From contig JAMDAS010000025.1 of NCBI GenBank assembly GCA_023484085.1, positions 1 through 56,146 on the forward strand: a stretch of DNA of 56,146 nt. The letters are read 5' to 3'. Under the pieces are notes generated by a model. The model was not told where the DNA came from. It saw nothing but the letters and a program-made list of their open reading frames with translations, and made no database searches. The stretch is from Candidatus Omnitrophota bacterium (GTDB lineage: Bacteria; Ratteibacteria; UBA8468; B48-G9; DTJG01). Shown here piece after piece: positions 39,310-49,400 of the stretch (positions are counted from its first letter, which is position 1; each line of letters begins with the position of its first letter). Both the position numbers and the translations under genes were made by a program.

Positions 39310-39470
39310 TTTACTATTTTTTATCAATTCTCAGATATACTGTTAAATCAATGTTCCCGCAGAAGTTTGTGCATTGTGTTAATTCGTTCTGAAGGGTTTA
39401 ATTTCATTTAAGACGTTTTAATCACTTTCCCCCCTACCTGATATTTGGTTATTATACCACACGAATTTTT
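39310..39470 (-). pseudogene. Collapsed remnant of the 23.1-25.8 kb four-gene arm
   Basis: Colinear blocks: 39316-39351=23136-23171, 39351-39404=23729-23782, 39397-39410=24741-24754, 39416-39430=24765-24779 and 39426-39462=25783-25819. Confidence 0.92.
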
Positions 39471-39557
39471 ATCAGGGTAAATGGAATTTGAACTTTATAA
39501 ATTTATGGTATAATAATTGTAATCTATTAGCCCAACTTCCACATTTTTGAGAAGGAA

Positions 39558-40130
39558 ATGGAGAGAACAGTGATAAAAAATTTACCCGAAGAGTTCAACG
39601 TTCTTAAAAAAATAGAAAATCCTTTTAAAAAACGACTTTATTTTGTTGGGATACTGACAAAATATCTTTCCTATAAAAATATTAAACCCGTAATTGTTGG
39701 TGGACATGCTGTTGAATTCTATACGCTTGGTTCTTATACAACTGGTGACATAGATTTGATTTGTGAAGGATATGACTTTATAAAAGAATTACTTAAAGAA
39801 TGGAAATTCAAGAAACAAGGAAGATTATGGATTTTGCCTGAAGAAGACATAGAAATTGATATTGTAAGTAGCTATTTGAAAGATGATGACCCATCAAAAA
39901 TTTCTGAGGTAACCGTTGAAAACTTAAAAGTTTATATTATAGGTATAGAAGATTTGATTGTGGATAGATTAAATGCTTTTGTGTGGTGGAAATCGGAAGA
40001 AGATAAAAAATGGATAAGAATGATTGTAAAACTGCATTTTAAAGAAATAGACAAAGATTACATGGAAAAAAGAACAAAACAAGAAAAAACCTTTGGAGCA
40101 TGGGAAAAAATAAAAAATGAGAAAATATAA
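39558..40130 (+). CDS. DUF6036-like nucleotidyltransferase
   Basis: IVGGHAVEFYTLGSYTTGDIDL and IEDLIVDRL. Confidence 0.75.
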   Translation: MERTVIKNLPEEFNVLKKIENPFKKRLYFVGILTKYLSYKNIKPVIVGGHAVEFYTLGSYTTGDIDLICEGYDFIKELLKEWKFKKQGRLWILPEEDIEIDIVSSYLKDDDPSKISEVTVENLKVYIIGIEDLIVDRLNAFVWWKSEEDKKWIRMIVKLHFKEIDKDYMEKRTKQEKTFGAWEKIKNEKI

Positions 40131-40335
40131 TTTTGATGAATACTATAAACAAAATTCAGCTAAGTTTGCATTAAAGAGAGCCCAATTTTCATCAGTAAAA
40201 ACTTATAGAAAAAAACCAAGACCTGAAGAAGAATGGGAAGTTTTTTATGTTCTTACAAAAGAAAGAATGAAAAAGTGGATTAAGAAAGGGATGTTTAAAT
40301 CCACCGGAATAAGAAAATATTCCATTTATTTATAA
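40117..40335 (+). CDS. Small basic partner protein of the nucleotidyltransferase
   Basis: 72 aa, overlapping the upstream stop codon. Confidence 0.6.
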   Translation: MRKYNFDEYYKQNSAKFALKRAQFSSVKTYRKKPRPEEEWEVFYVLTKERMKKWIKKGMFKSTGIRKYSIYL

Positions 40336-40412
40336 AATTCACATTTTATTGTCCAAAATTCAAAAACACAATCTGAGCTGTAAATTTCATTATTTAACAA
40401 ACCAAAATAAAT

Positions 40413-40441
40413 TTGACATATCAATATATCATATTTATAAT
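40413..40441 (+). promoter_or_regulatory. Consensus sigma70 promoter for locus B
   Basis: TTGACA, 17-bp spacer, TATAAT. Confidence 0.8.
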
Positions 40442-40489
40442 AAAAACAGGATATAAAAATAAAAAGAATTTTTATCATGAGGAAATAAA

Positions 40490-41569
40490 ATGACGGTTAA
40501 AACGAAAAGATTATCAAAGGAAAATCAGCCGCTTCCATTATGGTGGCAGTTAAAGGAAAAAATAAAAGAGGAAATTGTAAATAATAAATTTCTGCCAGGG
40601 TATGAATTATCCACTGAAATGGAGTTAATGTCAGAATATGAAGTAAGCAGAATAACGGCAGTAAAAGCACTTTCCGAACTTACGTCTGAAGGACTAATAT
40701 ACCGTATCCAGGGTAAGGGGACATTTGTAAAGGACAACAAGCCTATATTTAATAATGAAGAAATTGTTGGTCTGGTTATGCCTACTACAGGACATCTATT
40801 TGACCATCTCTCAAAAAAAATTATACATGGACTTTCTGAACATCACTACTTTTGTATTGTTATTAATTATGCCTGTGAAAACAGGAAAAGTATAAAGAAA
40901 ATAAAGGATTTGATAGATAGACATCCGGCAATTCTCGTTATTCAGGGTATTTCTAAATTCCCATTCTATCTTCTTGACAATTATCCGGGTAAAGTTATTT
41001 TTTTTAATTGTTTTGAAGCAGAAAAAAAATTGGTTAGGGCAAGGTATATCCTGTCTGACTATTTTGAAGGAGGCAGGTTTGTGGCAGAACATTTTCTTTC
41101 TCTTGGTCATAAAAAAATCATTATCTATACCTATCCAATATTCCCTGACCAGAAAAGTCAGATAAATTTAATTGAAGGGGTAAAAAAGACGTTCAGAGAA
41201 AAAAACCTGTCGGAGAAAAATCTTATGATTATTACGGATGAGGACCGGATTTTAAAGGCATTGGAAACAGAAGAAAAACCTATGGCTGTATTTTGTGATG
41301 GAGATTTCAGGGCAAAATTGATTTATGAAACAGCAGAAAAACTAAATTTAAGAATCCCGGGTGACATTTCTGTTGTTGGATATAATAATACGCCGTGGTG
41401 TGAAATATTTCAGCCAAATCTTACGTCAGTATCTATCAGGGAAGAAGAACTTGCAGATTACGTGATAGAAGAGATAACAGACAAAAACAAGAATAAAGAA
41501 ATACTTATTCCACCAAAACTTATTATCAGAGAATCAACAATTGCTGTAGATAAACTACAGATTTATTAA
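40490..41569 (+). CDS. GntR-HTH plus LacI-type sugar-binding regulator
   Basis: TEMELMSEYEVSRITAVKAL..L...GLIYRIQGKGTFV and IPGDISVVGYNN...LTSV. Confidence 0.92.
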   Translation: MTVKTKRLSKENQPLPLWWQLKEKIKEEIVNNKFLPGYELSTEMELMSEYEVSRITAVKALSELTSEGLIYRIQGKGTFVKDNKPIFNNEEIVGLVMPTTGHLFDHLSKKIIHGLSEHHYFCIVINYACENRKSIKKIKDLIDRHPAILVIQGISKFPFYLLDNYPGKVIFFNCFEAEKKLVRARYILSDYFEGGRFVAEHFLSLGHKKIIIYTYPIFPDQKSQINLIEGVKKTFREKNLSEKNLMIITDEDRILKALETEEKPMAVFCDGDFRAKLIYETAEKLNLRIPGDISVVGYNNTPWCEIFQPNLTSVSIREEELADYVIEEITDKNKNKEILIPPKLIIRESTIAVDKLQIY

Positions 41570-41587
41570 GAGAGGAGGTGAAAACAG

Positions 41588-42514
41588 ATGCGAAATGTAA
41601 TGTACGGAGTGAAACGAAGCATCCGCCAATCCTTATGGCGGAAAGAAATAATAATCAGCAAAAACACCGAAAAGGAGGAAAATAAAATGTTTACAAAACA
41701 GACAGAAGCAAGGAAAGGAAACACAAAAACCGGCTTCACGTTAATAGAATTATTGGTTGTCATTGCCATCATTGCCATCCTTGCGGCAATGTTGCTGCCA
41801 GCGTTGGCAAAGGCACGGGAAAAAGCAAGACAGGCAGTATCTATCAGTAATATGAAGCAACTCGCACTTGCGATGGCAATGTATCTGAATGATTATAACC
41901 AGACCTATCCTCCTATGTATGTCAATTGGGACCCGTGGGGATTAGGGGCTCAGGAGGGAGTAGGGACATTTTGGGCATATCAATTATATCCATATGTGAA
42001 AAACTGGAAGGTTTACTATGACCCGGATGAGTCAGAGTATTATCAGGGATATAATCCTTCTTTAGGGTTGGGAAAACCAGGACTTGCAAATCAAAATGCC
42101 GAAGGACAGCCTGTGATGTGGAACTATATGGGCTATGGTTATAATGTAGGGTTTAGCAATGAATATGATATGGGACTTTGTGAAATATTCACTATGCCAA
42201 ATATGGCTATTACAAGCAACATGGTAACAACACCATCACAAACATTATTATTTGGTGAAAGTGCAGTCCCGACAAGTTCAACTCCATGGTGGGGTTATGG
42301 TCCTGATATGTTAAGCTGGCAGGGATGGCAGCTTGATACTTTCCAATATCGTCACAGTGGAGGAGCGGACATTGCTTTCTGTGATGGACATGTTCAGTGG
42401 TATCCAAAGTCTGACCTTGAAAACAGGGAGTATTATAACAATCAGACTCCCAATCCCAACTTTGTACCTGGCTGGCCCTGGACAAGGGATGGGAAAGGAG
42501 TACCAGGACCATAA
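41588..42514 (+). CDS. Prepilin-type cleavage/methylation protein, DUF1559/H-X9-DG (alternative start 41687)
   Basis: [25 protein letters not shown] and canonical [15 protein letters not shown]. Confidence 0.92.
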   Translation: MRNVMYGVKRSIRQSLWRKEIIISKNTEKEENKMFTKQTEARKGNTKTGFTLIELLVVIAIIAILAAMLLPALAKAREKARQAVSISNMKQLALAMAMYLNDYNQTYPPMYVNWDPWGLGAQEGVGTFWAYQLYPYVKNWKVYYDPDESEYYQGYNPSLGLGKPGLANQNAEGQPVMWNYMGYGYNVGFSNEYDMGLCEIFTMPNMAITSNMVTTPSQTLLFGESAVPTSSTPWWGYGPDMLSWQGWQLDTFQYRHSGGADIAFCDGHVQWYPKSDLENREYYNNQTPNPNFVPGWPWTRDGKGVPGP

Positions 42515-42582
42515 AGAAATTTTTAATTAATAGTTGATTTGTATAATATATATTTTATTTATCCATTATTTGGAGGAGAATT

Positions 42583-42795
42583 ATGCCTGAAAAAAAAAGT
42601 AATCCGGTGGCAATAGTGATTTTAATTATTATTATAGTGGCGGCTATTTTCTTTATTATTAAACAAACAACAAAAAAGCCGGCAGGAGCAATGCCAGCTC
42701 CGACAAAATTATTACCACAACCGCCTTTACCCAAATTGAAATCATCATCGTATTATATGAAAAAGTATCAACAAGAAAAAACAGTGAAGAAGTGA
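42583..42795 (+). CDS. Small single-pass membrane protein with Pro-rich tail
   Basis: GGAGG RBS, hydrophobic VAIVILIIIIVAAIFFII and PAPTKLLPQPPLP. Confidence 0.7.
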   Translation: MPEKKSNPVAIVILIIIIVAAIFFIIKQTTKKPAGAMPAPTKLLPQPPLPKLKSSSYYMKKYQQEKTVKK

Positions 42796-42927
42796 AGAGA
42801 TAAAGGTAACTTATTTATATCTATTATGGAAATATTTTAATGTGTGTATGTAGATATGAATCTTGCGTGGATATATTATAGAAAGTATTTATAAGTATAT
42901 TTTTGAACGAAAAAATGGGAGGATAAG

Positions 42928-45900
42928 ATGAAGAGAATTTTAGCAATAAGTATATTGTTGGGTTTATTTTCTATAGGATATGTATTTGGCAGTAGTATAA
43001 GCATTCAGAAAAAGCCGGCTGTTTTATTTGTCGGATATGGTGCTAATAATTATATTATTGCAAGAGATTTATATAAGGATGGATTTACACTCAATAATTT
43101 TACCCAATCTTTGTTGACATGGGATGAAGTAAGAAATTATAATGTAATAGTTCTTACAGGTACAGGTCTTGGTCCTTCAAACTCAGATTTCACATTAACA
43201 CAGATAAACAAACAGAATATATCAGTACTAAAAAAATTTTTATCAGCAGGTGGGGGTATTTTATATATTCCTTACTGGGGGGAAATGAATTCTGCGATTC
43301 CTCCTCAGGATGCATTTGGGAAAGATATTGGAATAAAACCTTTGTTTAGAGATGTCATATTTGATTCCGAGACACAGAAAATTGCAACTGCATGGGCACT
43401 TCCATTTGCATGGACAAATAACATTACTTCTTCTCCAATAACTGAAGATATCAAAAGTCTATGGTATCCATGTGCGACCCGTTCTGGTGGGATATTGCAT
43501 ACAATCACATTCATTCCGGATAGCCATTGGCATGTTGTAGTAAAAGGATTACCCTCATCTCATACAGAAAAATTTTCACTTTTACTTTATAGTTTTACAA
43601 GTGGAGGTAAAAAAGGCTTTTACTCAACAGAAGTTCCACTTGTAGCATGCCGGCAATTTAAGAAAGGAAGAATTGTGTGTTTATCAATTTCCTCAGATTA
43701 TTTATTTGGAACTTATGCCAATACCACGCTTGAAGGGATTGTTCTGAATAAAGGATTAGATGGAAAACCCTCAAATGGATATCAACTTATTCAGAATTCC
43801 CTTCAATGGTTGTCAGAACCATCGATGAAAAAAAACATTCTTGGTGGAGCAGGTATGGACGTGTCTTTACTTAAAAATCCATATAAGGTGCAATTTGCCA
43901 CTCCATATAATTGGAGTAGTCCACAAAGTATTCCGGCATCTCCGCACTGGTATAAAGGGGTCATAGGAGCGCAGGCGAGATATAATAATTGGACAGGAAA
44001 ATGGAATATAAAAGACTGGGTGGAAACAGCAAAAAAAGATGGATTATCATACATTGTTTTTCTTGAGCCGTTTTCCAGTCTTACAAAAGAACAGTTGGAG
44101 CAGCTAAAAGAAGAATGCAAAAAATATACAACCAATGATTTTACAGCAATACCAGGATTCACAATTAAAGATGAGCTCGGCAATCATTATTTTTATTTTG
44201 GTGAAAATACTCCATACCCGGCAAAAAAATATCTTTCTTCAAATGGGAAAGTATTTGTTTCTTATGACCCTCAGGTAGGAGGGAACCCATATCAGAAAGG
44301 ACAACTTGCAATGACAACACTTGATTATGCCTATACAGATGGTGGATTTAATCTTACAGCAGGCAACTACTTATTTTCAAAGAATCCCATACCATTTTAT
44401 AATTTTTATTCAGACTGGGATGCAATGGGAGTAATAACAAGCAAAAATAATAAGATAATAGATAATAGTATTCCCGGATATTTACAGCTTGTTGATTTTG
44501 GACAGGACCCATTACCAATGGCAATAGATTTAATGAACAATCCCAACTTACTGAAAAAAGCACAATGGTTTACAATGGTAAGTGCACCGAATATATCAAA
44601 TTATTTTAGTTCATGGCATTTTTGGCCTGTAGGTGGTAATAGTATGTATATTACAAATGGACCAAAGATAGAATTTTATAATTATTTAGGCCCTCGTGAT
44701 TATGACCAGTACAGCAATGGTAATTTTATATGGCAGAATTACAGATGGTTATACCATGGGGAAGTAACATCAAAAGCAGGGCTGAAAGAAATAACAATAT
44801 ATGATGGGACAAAGCTTTTCAGACGATTTTTGGCTCATGGGAAGAAACAATTTCAATTTACATTAGACCTGACACATGATAAACAGCACTATCTTGTTTT
44901 AGTTGCTACTGATATTTATGGCAGACAGGCAATATCCAGAGACATTATTGACAGAAACCAAAAATTTGAATTATTCCAGTGCTCTGACAGAAATAATCAG
45001 CTGACTTATAGCCGTTTAATAAGAAAGGATGGTACATGGGTAAGTGGGAATGGAGGGGATACTCCGAATAAACGGCTTGGCGCAAAGCAAATAAACCCTG
45101 CAGGAAATTTTTATAATGACCCACGGCTTGGAGCACCTGCATTTGATGGTTCAGCAGGTGGAGACCCTGTCTTTTTCTCCCCTGTTATCTGTAATTCTAT
45201 GAAAGGACAGATTCAATCTCCAAATGTGGTAGATGCATTAAGTTTACTTGCAGAAGGAAATGTGCAGATAGGACAAGGAATATGGAAATGGAATTTTGCT
45301 GATAACATCAATGTATATAATGTATGGCATACACTATGGAGAACACAACCAGCAAAAGAATTTACCATGACAAAAACAAACTATTCCTTTAATTTAGACC
45401 CGAATAGTCCCATTGCAGTATATTTGTGGGATATTCACATCAGACTTTTAAAAGACATACCAAACAATGGATTCATTATTGGATTTATAAGTCCATCTGA
45501 ATCAACAACCTGGGCAATAAAAAGCGGAAATAATCTTTATTCAGGGATATATAATAAAGGACAACAAAAAAATATCACTGAACCATTTAACAAAGGGGAT
45601 TATGTTGCGGATTTGAATTCTCCATTGGGAGGTATGGCAATATATCCTTTAACAAATGGGCTACAGGTATCAACAACAGTGCCGCAGAGAAATTATATAT
45701 ACATCAATCTGCCAAAACAAAACTCACCGCAGAAAAAAGGACAGACAAAGGATATAAAACTATTGTTTATCGGAATTCCAAGAAACACACCCCTTACAAG
45801 AACCTTTTATCCATCTCCGTTAAATAAAGTGGTAAAGAAATTTCAGGAACAGTTCGGGCTTGGTTCTGATGGAAAAACAGGATATAACCTGAATATAAAA

Positions 45901-46350
45901 ACAGGGAAGATTATAAATAAAAGATATGTGCTTGATATTGAGGCTGGAAAATACAAATGCTTCTCAGGTAGTATCACCGGCAATTTAATCTCAACGCTGC
46001 CAATAGTAGTATCAAACCTTGGCAACAGGGATTCAGTGTATTTATATGACAGTGGGCTGAAAAAAGCAAGACCACTTGGGATTTTTGATAAGAAAGCATA
46101 TTCAGTCATAACATTACATGGTAGCAGGAATATCTTTATAGGGGAGCCCATTATCTGCGGCAATCCCAAAATATTTGCTCATGTAACCCAGACAGGGGAA
46201 AACACATGGAATATTGAATTTAATAATCCGACAAATAAAACAATAACAACCTCTGTCCAAATAAATCCATACTTTGACCCGCTGAAAGGGAAAACCATAA
46301 AAGAGGAAATTACAATAGCGCCCGGCGCTTCTATATCCAAAACAATATAA
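42928..46350 (+). CDS. Large secreted protein with GATase-like N-domain and degenerate PHP-like domain
   Basis: Signal peptide, YNVIVL..KFLSAGGG and KGVIG...AKKDGLSYIVFLE. Paralogue of 46449-49988. Confidence 0.65.
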   Translation: MKRILAISILLGLFSIGYVFGSSISIQKKPAVLFVGYGANNYIIARDLYKDGFTLNNFTQSLLTWDEVRNYNVIVLTGTGLGPSNSDFTLTQINKQNISVLKKFLSAGGGILYIPYWGEMNSAIPPQDAFGKDIGIKPLFRDVIFDSETQKIATAWALPFAWTNNITSSPITEDIKSLWYPCATRSGGILHTITFIPDSHWHVVVKGLPSSHTEKFSLLLYSFTSGGKKGFYSTEVPLVACRQFKKGRIVCLSISSDYLFGTYANTTLEGIVLNKGLDGKPSNGYQLIQNSLQWLSEPSMKKNILGGAGMDVSLLKNPYKVQFATPYNWSSPQSIPASPHWYKGVIGAQARYNNWTGKWNIKDWVETAKKDGLSYIVFLEPFSSLTKEQLEQLKEECKKYTTNDFTAIPGFTIKDELGNHYFYFGENTPYPAKKYLSSNGKVFVSYDPQVGGNPYQKGQLAMTTLDYAYTDGGFNLTAGNYLFSKNPIPFYNFYSDWDAMGVITSKNNKIIDNSIPGYLQLVDFGQDPLPMAIDLMNNPNLLKKAQWFTMVSAPNISNYFSSWHFWPVGGNSMYITNGPKIEFYNYLGPRDYDQYSNGNFIWQNYRWLYHGEVTSKAGLKEITIYDGTKLFRRFLAHGKKQFQFTLDLTHDKQHYLVLVATDIYGRQAISRDIIDRNQKFELFQCSDRNNQLTYSRLIRKDGTWVSGNGGDTPNKRLGAKQINPAGNFYNDPRLGAPAFDGSAGGDPVFFSPVICNSMKGQIQSPNVVDALSLLAEGNVQIGQGIWKWNFADNINVYNVWHTLWRTQPAKEFTMTKTNYSFNLDPNSPIAVYLWDIHIRLLKDIPNNGFIIGFISPSESTTWAIKSGNNLYSGIYNKGQQKNITEPFNKGDYVADLNSPLGGMAIYPLTNGLQVSTTVPQRNYIYINLPKQNSPQKKGQTKDIKLLFIGIPRNTPLTRTFYPSPLNKVVKKFQEQFGLGSDGKTGYNLNIKTGKIINKRYVLDIEAGKYKCFSGSITGNLISTLPIVVSNLGNRDSVYLYDSGLKKARPLGIFDKKAYSVITLHGSRNIFIGEPIICGNPKIFAHVTQTGENTWNIEFNNPTNKTITTSVQINPYFDPLKGKTIKEEITIAPGASISKTI

Positions 46351-46392
46351 CAAACAATATGTTTTACTCTTAAATACTCAGCTAACGGTGTT

Positions 46393-46415
46393 TCCTCCAA
46401 AAATATTGGCGGACT
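46393..46415 (-). repeat. 23-bp REP-like hairpin, copy 2
   Basis: Minus strand (GT)AGTCCGCCAATATTTTTGGAGGA. Confidence 0.7.
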
Positions 46416-46448
46416 ACCGGACTGAAGGTACAAAATTTGGAGGATAAA

Positions 46449-49400
46449 ATGAAGAGAATTTTAGCAATAGGGATTTTGTTGTGTTTATTTTCTATAGGTT
46501 ATGTATTTGGCAGTAATATAAGCAGTCAGAAAAAGCCATCAATATTATTTTGTGCTCCACAGGCAGGGTATGGCTGGGTGGATTTAGGATACTTAAGACA
46601 ACTTACACAGAAAGGATTTGAGGTGGATTATACCACGGACCTGTCTCAGGTTACATGGAACAGAATCAAACACTACAACGTTCTGGTAATTTATGTAACG
46701 CCTGATGCATTTGCAATATCTGACCAGGGGCAAAGGTCATTCCCGGAAGAAAAGGAAAAATCTTTTGTCAATCTAATAAAGAAATATCTTTCTCATGGTG
46801 GTGGTGTATTTCTTTTTCCAAGTGAAACAAATATTACATGGGGACAACATACAAAACAACAGGTATCAGACCTGACAAATTTTTTGGGAGCAAAAGTACC
46901 GGTAGACCTGATTGTAGAAAAAAACCCTGCTGATGTTTCTGCGATAAGTCACATGTCATACGGTGTTTCTGTGGCTTGGACAGATAACGTTTTTCCAACA
47001 TCTGTCAGCCAGGGGGTAAAAGGTATCTGGTACCCGACTCAACCGGCGTATTTTGCGCAGATGACATCTCCATTATGGGTCAACAAAGACTGGCAGGTAG
47101 TTATAAGGGCGTCAAAGACAGCCTATCTTCAGCCGGTAAATTTTAATAATGCCACTGATGTCATTAAGCATCCGTTTATTCTGCCGGCAGAGACGCCGGA
47201 ACCCGTATTATTTGCAATCCGCTCATATAAAACCGGCAGGATTGCATTTATGGACCAGTGGAGACAATTTTCTATCGGCGCAGGGACAAAATGGCTATAC
47301 AACAATGAGGTTTTAAGCAAAGGATTTAAAGGCAGACCCAGTGATTTTGGCAGGCTATTGGATAATACGTTCAAATGGTTGGCAGAGCCATCTCTAAAAA
47401 ATCATACTCTTGGTGGATATACGACTTTAATGGATAAACTGATACCCCCCAATTATCTTTCCGGCGTAAAAAAGCAATATAATGGATTTAACAGCCATTT
47501 TGTCAAAAACTGGGTATCCCGGCCAAATTTTTTAAATTATGGAAGAAGTTCAGTTCCTCCTCATCTATATCGTGGTTTGATTGGAGTAAAAACCACTTTC
47601 AGTACAGGAAAAAACACTGTCCGGCAGTATGCACAGGAAGCGCAAAAATTAGGATTGAATTTTCTTGTATTCATGGATAATTTTTCTCAACTGACACCGG
47701 TAAAGTTTAAGCAACTAAAAGAGGAATGTAAAAAATATTCAAACGATAAACTTAAGTTATTTGCAGGATTTAGTATAAAAAACAACATAGGAAACCACAT
47801 GCTGTTTTTTGGACCTCATCCTGCATGGCCCCCGGATAATGTTTTAACCGGACACCATAAAGACATTATTTATATTCAGCAGGAGAATAAAAAAGGGCAG
47901 TATACTTACCCGGGAGTTACTCCTTTCATTGACTGGGTATTGAATAATTATTCCCAGTATAATCAGGTGGCATATTATGATTTTTCCGGGAGTAAAGAAG
48001 GTATGAAGATGCATGACCTGAGGCTATATGGAATGGCAGGATTGATGTATTATAAAAATGGCAGACTTGTAGAAAACGATACAAAAGATTATCTTACCAC
48101 TGTACAGGGTGCCATGCCGTCTGTCCCTGCCAGTATAGATGAGGTTGATTCAGTCAGACAGTTATCCAATGCCGTAAAAGAAAACCATTACCTTACCTAT
48201 GTTAATGCTGATTCTCTGGATAACATGTTCATGAGTGGGTTACGCTGGAACAATCAATATGATGGATTTGATGATTTCATATCAAACGGTCCCAAAATTC
48301 TTGCATGGCCGGCATGTTGGAGAGTAATTACTTATGGCGGGGAACAATTTATTACTGCACCCAATGTTATGCCTTCCCATATCCTTGTTACCTCAAAAAT
48401 CGGGTTAAAGGAGATTGACATATACAATGGTCAGCATCTTTTCCGCAGGATTTTTCTTCATGGGGAAAAAGAGTTTAACAAGGATTTGATTTTAAATGCA
48501 ACAATCCAGAAAAATTTAGTGCTTATTGCAAAGGACATTGCAGGACACAAAGCAATAAGTTTTCCCAGAATATCCCGGTTTGAAGGAGACTTGGCACCGG
48601 TCTTTTGTTCTGACCATGAAAATTCTTATGCAGGTGCATTACTGTTTTCCCATGGACCGGCATGGTTTCCATTAGTCCGTATACCACCTCTTCCAAACGC
48701 AGGAGATACCTGGGATGGAGGACCGCTTGCTGTATCTCCATTAACAGGGAATCAGAGTACAGTTCCTGTTCTTGACAGCAGTATGGGAAAAGAGGATGGT
48801 GGAAGATTTAACCAGATTCCTTTGCTGAATTTTTCAGATGAAGGAGCTGTTGGTATGGAAGGAGTTCATAAAGATGTGTTTGATAATAGACTTCTTGCTG
48901 TAGCGAATACATGGAATACATGTGGGCCTATTGCAGGGCCATCAAAACTTTTTAAATACAGCCAGTATTACAGGGAATGGTTCAGACCTACGGTTGATGT
49001 CCCACATACTGGTTGGGCAGGTCCACAGGTAGGAGCAGGAACAACTGTGTCATTATTCAGAGAGGTTATCACATTCAGAAAAAATTTAAAAGTCAAATCT
49101 TTATTGCTCGGTTACAACACGGGAAACCAAACCAATCATGGTTTTCTTGTTATTGGAACGAACAAAGGAATGGAACAGGTTGATTTATCCAAACCGGGAA
49201 ATTATAAAACTTTTCATCTGAAAAAAGGTGATTGGTTTGGGTATTACAACAAACAAAAACAGCCTGCCAATAGTGCTTTATTTATTAACCGTGGTGGACC
49301 AATATATTTACAAAATAATGCACCATACGTTTTTATCTATGCAGATATAAATAATAAACAGGTGAAGAAAGGGGATATTTTTATTTATGAACTCAGCACC

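Noticed and set aside
27099-42514. Diversity-generating retroelement acting on the pilin heads
   Set aside because: No reverse transcriptase and no template/variable repeat pair with adenine-specific differences in the window.
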